Shown here piece after piece: positions 24,072-30,599 of a DNA stretch of 35,544 bases (position 1 is the stretch's first letter; every line of letters starts with the position of its first letter). The stretch is from the NCBI GenBank assembly GCA_016784085.1, contig JADHVH010000001.1, positions 1-35,544 of the forward strand. Reading direction: 5' to 3'. The translations under genes were made by a program, and so were the position numbers. The notes under the pieces are model-generated. The model was not told the origin of the DNA. It worked only from the letters and a program-made list of their open reading frames with translations, and ran no database searches. This DNA comes from Candidatus Pacearchaeota archaeon. GTDB taxonomy: Archaea > Nanobdellota > Nanobdellia > Pacearchaeales > GW2011-AR1.

Positions 24072-25922
24072 CTATTTTCCCATCTCTCTTAATTTTCCAA
24101 GAACATCATCTAATTCACCTTTTCCCCTTTTTGCAGAAGAAGGAATTTGTCTTGGAGGCATTGGCCTTCTAGGTAATGGACCTCTTAATTGATGAACCAT
24201 TCTTGGAGGTCCTCTTCTAGGCCCATTAGGGCCTGTGGAATCCTTTTTTCCACTTTTCATTCTGAACATGAGTTCTCTTAACTTATCTTTGTAAATAATT
24301 CCAAGAACAATTAGAATTATTAATATTATTAAAATCCAAACCCAAATATTTGTTCCTTTTGGATCTGAAATTTCTTGACAACATACTTGGCTTGAAGAAC
24401 AACTATAATATGCTGTTTCCTCTTCGCCTGTTTCACAACTATATCTACAAACTCCAGAATTACTTGATTCACAAGTATTAGCACCAGTATTTTCTCCGTT
24501 ATCATCATCTATGTCTTCACAAGAACCCCAAACACAGCAAACTTCTCCAGAATATAGTAAATCATTTGCAGTAGCATCTTCAACTCCGTTTACACATCTT
24601 TGATTTGAATCACAAATTTCACCTTGTTTTTCTGAACAAGATTCAGAAAGCCCAACTTCACAACAAAAATATCCTGCTCCAGAACAAGTATATGAATCAA
24701 TAATTCTGCCCCCCCCATTCCAACAGGATTCCCGACCTTCACAAGAATATCCTGCAGTTTCACAAGTAGAAACAGGTTCTGGATCTACACTTCCTGTTGT
24801 TGCTCTTGGCCAAACAGAATAAAGTAAAAATGCATTTGATTTAATGTTTTTATTATCCCAACAACCGTCTTCATCTTGAACACCTTCTTCTAGAAGCCAA
24901 TTAATAGTATTTTGTTTTTCAACAATATCATCATATCTAAAAGGATATAATGCTAAGGCAGTATCATAGAATTTATTATTTGTAGAAATTTCCTGCCAAT
25001 ATTTATTGAAAATTTGTTTATTTAATAAGGAATATTGATATTCATTATTTTGAGTAATAAAATAAAGAAATGCTTCTGGTAAAAATCTATCATTTGTTTC
25101 ATCTTCAGCCATCACGATCAAATAAGGCATATATGAGGAAATATCTTCTCCAATAGATTCTAATGCTAATACAGACCACAGACTAGCTTCATAATTACAA
25201 ACACCAGATACTTCAAAACAATCTGAGTTTACAGATTCAATTGTTTTTCCATCTGCAGAAGCACCATTTGCTCCACTTAAAACATGAAGTGTTCCTGCTG
25301 AATCTCCACTATTTTTAAATATTAATGAACTTGTAAAATCCTGATCACATGAAATTTCAAAATCAGAACCATAGCAATTAGAATCTATATCTAACCAATA
25401 TCCTCCCTGAGATACTCTTAAACAATTATTTGTTTGCAAATTTCCGATTGTTTTATCTTCATTAAAATCAACATTGGTTGTTACAGGGTTTGAATTAATT
25501 TCATAAATTATTGAACATGTTGAAGCATCTGCAGTATCTATTTGTAAAAGCCATTCCATATTTGTAGGTGCTCCTTTTTGAGTAATTAACCAGTTTTTTG
25601 AGTCTTCAACACTTACACTTTTTTCATTTAAAGCCCACATAGCCATAGCAGTATTTTGCACATTACATCCTGAATTTGAAAAACATCCTGAATTTGCTTT
25701 TTCATCTAAAAGTTCTAATTTACATTTTCCTGTAGCTAAGAAAGAAAATACTTTTTCCTGCATTGAAAGGTCTTGACATCCTTTTTCAATAATTTCGCTA
25801 TTTAAACACGTGTAAGCATTATCTATTTGGGTAGAATTAAATTCAACTGAAGAAATAAAAGAGAGATTTGTTAGTAGGAATAAACAAACAAACAATATTG
25901 TAAATAGCCACTTCTTTTTCAT
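24072..25922 (-). CDS. surface protein: signal peptide, possible alpha/alpha-toroid ectodomain, three Cys-rich 'CC' modules, TM anchor, Pro/Arg-rich cytoplasmic tail
   Basis: It has a signal peptide (LFTILFVCLFLLTNLSFISS). QW-like strings (QDEDGCWDN, ASLWSVLALESIG) hint at a prenyltransferase/terpene-cyclase-like toroid, which is tentative. Three modules end in FCCEVG, VCCVWGSC and VCCQE. The TM helix is IWVWILIILIILIVLGIIY and the tail reads GPNGPRRGPPRMVHQLRGPLPRRPMPPRQIP. Confidence 0.55.
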   Translation of the reverse strand: MKKKWLFTILFVCLFLLTNLSFISSVEFNSTQIDNAYTCLNSEIIEKGCQDLSMQEKVFSFLATGKCKLELLDEKANSGCFSNSGCNVQNTAMAMWALNEKSVSVEDSKNWLITQKGAPTNMEWLLQIDTADASTCSIIYEINSNPVTTNVDFNEDKTIGNLQTNNCLRVSQGGYWLDIDSNCYGSDFEISCDQDFTSSLIFKNSGDSAGTLHVLSGANGASADGKTIESVNSDCFEVSGVCNYEASLWSVLALESIGEDISSYMPYLIVMAEDETNDRFLPEAFLYFITQNNEYQYSLLNKQIFNKYWQEISTNNKFYDTALALYPFRYDDIVEKQNTINWLLEEGVQDEDGCWDNKNIKSNAFLLYSVWPRATTGSVDPEPVSTCETAGYSCEGRESCWNGGGRIIDSYTCSGAGYFCCEVGLSESCSEKQGEICDSNQRCVNGVEDATANDLLYSGEVCCVWGSCEDIDDDNGENTGANTCESSNSGVCRYSCETGEEETAYYSCSSSQVCCQEISDPKGTNIWVWILIILIILIVLGIIYKDKLRELMFRMKSGKKDSTGPNGPRRGPPRMVHQLRGPLPRRPMPPRQIPSSAKRGKGELDDVLGKLREMGK

Positions 25923-25927
25923 ATGGT

Positions 25928-27277
25928 CTACAATGATTTCTTCTTTTTAAAATTATCTCTCTTATTTGTCTTTGGTTTAGATTTTTGTTTTGTTTTTTTC
26001 TTTGACTTTTCTAATTTATTTTGTTGCAATGTTTTTTTCACAGTATAGTTCACAGGATTTTTATATCTTAATTCTTCTTCAGTTGGAATAACTCCAATTC
26101 CCTTATAATGGTCTTTTAAAAAATTTGGAGGAGGAACAACTTTATTTCTATAATTCCAAATTAATTGAGATTGAATATATCCTTTCTTTAAAGGAATTTC
26201 ATTTTTTTCATTCCATTGGTAAATCCTTTTTTCAAGTTCTGCTCTTTCCATTCCTACTGATCTAAATAAACCTAATAAAATAAACAATGCTCTTTTTCTT
26301 CCGTCTCCTACTCCCTTTAATATTTTTTGAATAGAAGGAGAAAAGTTTTTTTCAGATAAATTCTCTAGTTTGATAACTTTATATTCAAAATTAGCATTTT
26401 CTTTTTGTTCTTCACTATTATTTTGTTTATACCAATCTAGTGCCTGCATAAGAAGTTCTTTTGCTTCTCCTTCTTTACAATCAGGTATAAATTTTTTTAT
26501 TTTTACCTTCATAGGATCTGCATGATTAAGATCAAAGTTCTCAAGTTCTTCAGGTGTTAAAACAATACTTGCCAAAGCTGTTTTTTCATGAAGAGAATAT
26601 GGCATTCTAAACAGATGTCTTGGAGAAACTAAAATTAAATCAGGAATAACCTGTGTTGAAGCTTTAAAATCACGAACATATTTACTAGGTTTTGTTAATG
26701 AGGAGATTTGTTCTACTAACTTTTTTTCAGTAGTGTGCATAATATATTGGAGCATTATTCTTGGCCACTCTGGAAACATATCTGCAGTTCTTACTCCATT
26801 AATATCTTTAGGAAAAGCTTTCCAAGGTATTATTAAATGAAAACCTTTTGATCCTGAAAATTTAATTCCCACATTATTAAATCCATGAAATTTTAACATT
26901 TCAATTATTATTTTTGCTAAAACTTTACTATAATCAATATACTTACTATCAATATCTAGGATAAGATCCCATCCTTTCCTTAATTCGTTTAATTGCTTTT
27001 TAGTTAATCCTGTAGATATTTTTAAAGGATCTTCCCAAATTTCTTCAGAACAATGGAAAGAAGTTGCTCCTTTTTTTACTAATTCAAAAATATCTCCCTT
27101 ATATTGAAATGAATCTGGTCTTTTACCAAAATGTTCCATCATAAAGCTTGGAGCTATTTCTCGATCTTCTGAAAAATCAAAAAGAGCTTGTTGAACTTCT
27201 GGTTTAGAATAATATAATTGAAGTATTTTTTTAATTCTTTTTTCCTTTAAACTAGAGTTTTCAGGCTTATTTTCCAT
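25928..27277 (-). CDS. priS: archaeo-eukaryotic DNA primase (PriS catalytic core with a C-terminal helical extension)
   Basis: AEP catalytic motifs are present: DLILDIDS (DxD), FSGSKGFHLIIPW (SGxGxH) and FRMPYSLHEKT. The C-terminal ~150 aa carry FSPSIQKILKGVGDGRKRALFILLGLF, reminiscent of the PriL-CTD 'FPPC...' block. A K-rich tail follows. The whole protein has only two Cys. Confidence 0.85.
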   Translation of the reverse strand: MENKPENSSLKEKRIKKILQLYYSKPEVQQALFDFSEDREIAPSFMMEHFGKRPDSFQYKGDIFELVKKGATSFHCSEEIWEDPLKISTGLTKKQLNELRKGWDLILDIDSKYIDYSKVLAKIIIEMLKFHGFNNVGIKFSGSKGFHLIIPWKAFPKDINGVRTADMFPEWPRIMLQYIMHTTEKKLVEQISSLTKPSKYVRDFKASTQVIPDLILVSPRHLFRMPYSLHEKTALASIVLTPEELENFDLNHADPMKVKIKKFIPDCKEGEAKELLMQALDWYKQNNSEEQKENANFEYKVIKLENLSEKNFSPSIQKILKGVGDGRKRALFILLGLFRSVGMERAELEKRIYQWNEKNEIPLKKGYIQSQLIWNYRNKVVPPPNFLKDHYKGIGVIPTEEELRYKNPVNYTVKKTLQQNKLEKSKKKTKQKSKPKTNKRDNFKKKKSL

Positions 27278-27363
27278 GCAAAATTAAATCTCTAACAATA
27301 TATATAAATTACCTTATACTTAATAATAACAATACTTAAAAGTAAAACTTGTCTGATACAAAG

Positions 27364-28089
27364 ATGCTCGTAAAACTAGATCACCCTGCAATATTAACAA
27401 AAGCTGTAGAAATTATTTCAGAGTTAGTTACAGAAGTTAGAATAAAAATAAGTGAAACTGGTTTAGGTATAACTGCAATGGATCCTGCTAATGTTGCAAT
27501 GATTGGATTTAAAATACCTAGAACTGCTTTTTCAGCTTTTGAAACAGGTGAAGAAGTGCTTGGAATTAATTTAGATAATTTAAAAAGAATATTAAAAAGA
27601 TGTGGAACAAATAGTTCACTAATATTTGAAAAAAAAGATAATTTATTGGAAATTCAAATTGAAGATAGAATTAAAAGAATTTTTACATTGAATTTAATTG
27701 AAATTGATTCTGAAGATAAGGAAATTCCTAATTTAGAATATAGTTCTAAAGTTGAAATAGCTTCTGTAGATTTAATTGCAGCTGTAGAAGATTGTGCAAT
27801 TGTTGCAGATGCTTGTAAATTTGAAATTAAAGATAATAAATTTATTATTCAGGCTAAAGGATTGAATTCTACTCTTTCTGAATTTTCAAGTGATGAGGCT
27901 ACCATTGAAGCTGAAAATTGTAAATCAAAATATAGTCTAGAATATTTACAAAAATTTGTAAAAGGTTCAAAACTTTCTGAAAAAACTCTTTTAAAATTTG
28001 CAGAAGACCATCCATTAAGAATTGATATTCAAACAGCACAAATTGGATTAAGTTTTATTCTTGCTCCAAGAGTAGAAACTGAAGATTAA
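27364..28089 (+). CDS. pcn: DNA polymerase sliding clamp PCNA
   Basis: It has the typical PCNA N-terminus (LVKLDHPAILTKAVEIISELVTEVRIKISETGLGITAMDPANVAM), a length of about 241 aa, and a C-terminal LSFILAPRVE. The ORF track starts at a TTG at 27349; the first ATG is at 27364. Confidence 0.9.
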   Translation: MLVKLDHPAILTKAVEIISELVTEVRIKISETGLGITAMDPANVAMIGFKIPRTAFSAFETGEEVLGINLDNLKRILKRCGTNSSLIFEKKDNLLEIQIEDRIKRIFTLNLIEIDSEDKEIPNLEYSSKVEIASVDLIAAVEDCAIVADACKFEIKDNKFIIQAKGLNSTLSEFSSDEATIEAENCKSKYSLEYLQKFVKGSKLSEKTLLKFAEDHPLRIDIQTAQIGLSFILAPRVETED

Positions 28090-28090
28090 T

Positions 28091-28098
28091 TTTATAAA
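28091..28098 (+). promoter_or_regulatory. TATA box (TTTATAAA) 29 nt upstream of the ATG at 28120
   Basis: It is consensus-like, is followed by TTTTCT as at 33558, and has the same 29-nt spacing as the other operon heads. Confidence 0.55.
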
Positions 28099-28119
28099 CT
28101 AAGTTTTCTTAAAGAAAGC

Positions 28120-28890
28120 ATGGGTGATACTTTAAACAAAAGAGGTCAAGTTACAATTTTTATTGTAGTTGCTATTGTTATTATTGCTATTGCTGCATTA
28201 CTATATCTTTTTTCTCCAAGTGTAAAATCTATTATTAGTCCTGATACTCAAAATCCTGAAGAATTTATTAGAGAATATCTTCAAGAAGAAATTGAAATGA
28301 ATATTCAAACTATTGCTATGCAGGGTGGAAGTTATGACTTAGAAAATATAGGTACTGCTAACTATGGAGAATATGAAGTTTCTTATTTATGTTATACTGA
28401 AGATCCTGCTCCTCTAAAATGTAGTTTATCTACTGCAGGAAATACTTTAATTCCATATATTGAAAGAGAAATAAAAAATTCTGTTGAACCTCTTGTAGAT
28501 AGTTCTTTTGATGCTCTTAAAAAAAGTTATGAAGAAGAAGGATATTCTGTAGATATAAAACCAGGAGACATTGAGGTAATTATAGTAGATAAACAAATAA
28601 AAATTAATATGGATTATAAGGTTCGTTTAGAAAAAGAAAATATAGATGAATATGAACAATTTAATATACTTGTAAATACTAATCTTTTTCAACTACTAAT
28701 CATTGCTACAAATATATTGCAATATGAAGCTAGTGTAGGTGTTGCAGATCCAAACAGATATTTAAACTCTGAAGGTCCAAAAGGATTTATCTGGCAAAAA
28801 GAACTATTAGCAGATGGAACAAAAATTTATGAACTTGAAAATATTTATAGTGAAGATAAATTTCAATTTGCAGTTAAGGGGGGATTATGA
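28120..28890 (+). CDS. class III signal peptide (type IV pilin-like) protein, paralog of the 19021 ORF
   Basis: The N-terminus is MGDTLNKRG|QVTIFIVVAIVIIAIAALLYLF. It is collinear with the 19021 product. Confidence 0.6.
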   Translation: MGDTLNKRGQVTIFIVVAIVIIAIAALLYLFSPSVKSIISPDTQNPEEFIREYLQEEIEMNIQTIAMQGGSYDLENIGTANYGEYEVSYLCYTEDPAPLKCSLSTAGNTLIPYIEREIKNSVEPLVDSSFDALKKSYEEEGYSVDIKPGDIEVIIVDKQIKINMDYKVRLEKENIDEYEQFNILVNTNLFQLLIIATNILQYEASVGVADPNRYLNSEGPKGFIWQKELLADGTKIYELENIYSEDKFQFAVKGGL

Positions 28891-30599
28891 AAAATAAAAC
28901 AATATTAAGTCTATTATTAATGATTTTTGTAGTTGTAGTTTCAATTAATTTAGTGAGTGCTGTTTGCTGTGAAAAAACAATTGAGGGGAATTCTTGTGTT
29001 TCTGTACCTCCTGAAAATTCAGATGCTTGTGTAAAACCACCTTATAAATCAGATGATGCTTTTTGTGAAGAAACTTCATATTGTTCTACAGGGACTTGTG
29101 TAAATACTAGACAGGGAACTTGTACTGTGAGTCCTTCTACAACTTGTGATCCTCTTTTAGGGGGGCTTTGGGTTGATGATTCTCCAGAAGATGTTCCTCA
29201 ATGCCAAGTAGGGTGTTGCATTATTGGTGAAGAAGCTAACTTTATTACAGAAACTTCTTGCATCTATAAAGTTTCTATAATTGAAGAGGAAACAGAATAT
29301 GAGTTTTTAAAAAATGTCCAAGACGGGGGAATGTGTGCTTCTTTAGCAAATCCTAGAGAAATGGGTGCTTGCGTAGATTCTGATAGTTCTGGAGGGAGAG
29401 ATTGCACTCATGAAACAAGAGAAAATTGTCAAAATAGCGGGCTAGATTTTTATGAAGGCTTTTTATGTTCTGCTCCTGAATTAAATACAAAATGTGGCCC
29501 TTCAGATACTACTTCTTGTATGGAAGGAGAAGAAGAAGTTTATTTTAGAGATACTTGTGGAAATTATGCAAATGTTTATGATGTTACTAAAATAGATGAT
29601 ACTTTAGGATATTGGACAGAAATGATAAGTACAGCAAATAGTTGTTTTACAGATATTGGTGATGAAAATAGTGTTTCTTCTTGTGGCAATTGTGTTTTTA
29701 GATTAGGAAGTACTTGTGGTAAATATCGTCCTGGAGAAGATGTGGCTCCAGACGAAGGGAACTATGTTTGCAGAGATTTAAGTTGTGAGTATGATAATGA
29801 TGGAGATGGTATAAAAGAATCATATGAACACGAAGAAAGATGGTGTGCAGATGCAGGATGGATAGATGGGACTCCTGGTAAAGAGGAAATTGTTTTAACT
29901 TGCTATAATGGTCAAATTACTAAGGAAAGATGTTCTTCATACAGAAAACAAGTTTGTTTCGAAACAGTATATGCTGAAGAAGAAATAGATGATAATTATA
30001 CTATTAAAGAAGAGGATTTTACTCAGGCTGCATGTGTTGTTAATAGTTATCCTGCATGTTATGGGTTCCAAACTAAATCAGATTGCGAAGATCAGGAATT
30101 AGTAGATTGTCAATGGCTTTTAGCAAATAAAGATACCAATTTATATGATAGTCTTTGGGAAAGCACAGAACTAGGTATTCCAGAAAATATGAAAAATAGT
30201 GAAAAAGGTTTTTGTCTTCCAGCATATGCTCCTGGGATAAAATTCTGGGAAGAAGAGGCTGCTTCAAGTTGTAATAGTTTTATACCTTCAGAATATGTTT
30301 GCGGAGTAGAATATGAAAAAGGTTTAATTGAAGTAGGAAAATATGGTGATTGGGATCTTGTAGAAGATGAGGTCACTTGTTTTAAAGAAACAACTTCTAA
30401 GGCAGATGATTTGCCTAAAACTAAATTAGACTCTACTTGGCAAACTCAAATGAAAAATGTTTGTTTAGCAACTTCTGATTGTGGTGTAAAAACAAATTAT
30501 TTAGGAGTAAATGGATATTATTCTTGGAAAGACTTGTTTGTAGGAGATTATATTGAAGATAGTTTAAGTAATTATAATAGCTATGGAGGAGGAAAATGA
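28887..30599 (+). CDS. secreted, extremely Cys-rich acidic protein (570 aa)
   Basis: It has a signal peptide (LSLLLMIFVVVVSINLVSA). My hand count gives about 41 Cys, spread along the whole mature chain and including CC pairs (AVCCEK, VGCCIIG). There is no TM anchor. It has an ATGA overlap with the upstream gene and a G-rich SD-like AGGGGGG. Confidence 0.6.
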   Translation: MKNKTILSLLLMIFVVVVSINLVSAVCCEKTIEGNSCVSVPPENSDACVKPPYKSDDAFCEETSYCSTGTCVNTRQGTCTVSPSTTCDPLLGGLWVDDSPEDVPQCQVGCCIIGEEANFITETSCIYKVSIIEEETEYEFLKNVQDGGMCASLANPREMGACVDSDSSGGRDCTHETRENCQNSGLDFYEGFLCSAPELNTKCGPSDTTSCMEGEEEVYFRDTCGNYANVYDVTKIDDTLGYWTEMISTANSCFTDIGDENSVSSCGNCVFRLGSTCGKYRPGEDVAPDEGNYVCRDLSCEYDNDGDGIKESYEHEERWCADAGWIDGTPGKEEIVLTCYNGQITKERCSSYRKQVCFETVYAEEEIDDNYTIKEEDFTQAACVVNSYPACYGFQTKSDCEDQELVDCQWLLANKDTNLYDSLWESTELGIPENMKNSEKGFCLPAYAPGIKFWEEEAASSCNSFIPSEYVCGVEYEKGLIEVGKYGDWDLVEDEVTCFKETTSKADDLPKTKLDSTWQTQMKNVCLATSDCGVKTNYLGVNGYYSWKDLFVGDYIEDSLSNYNSYGGGK

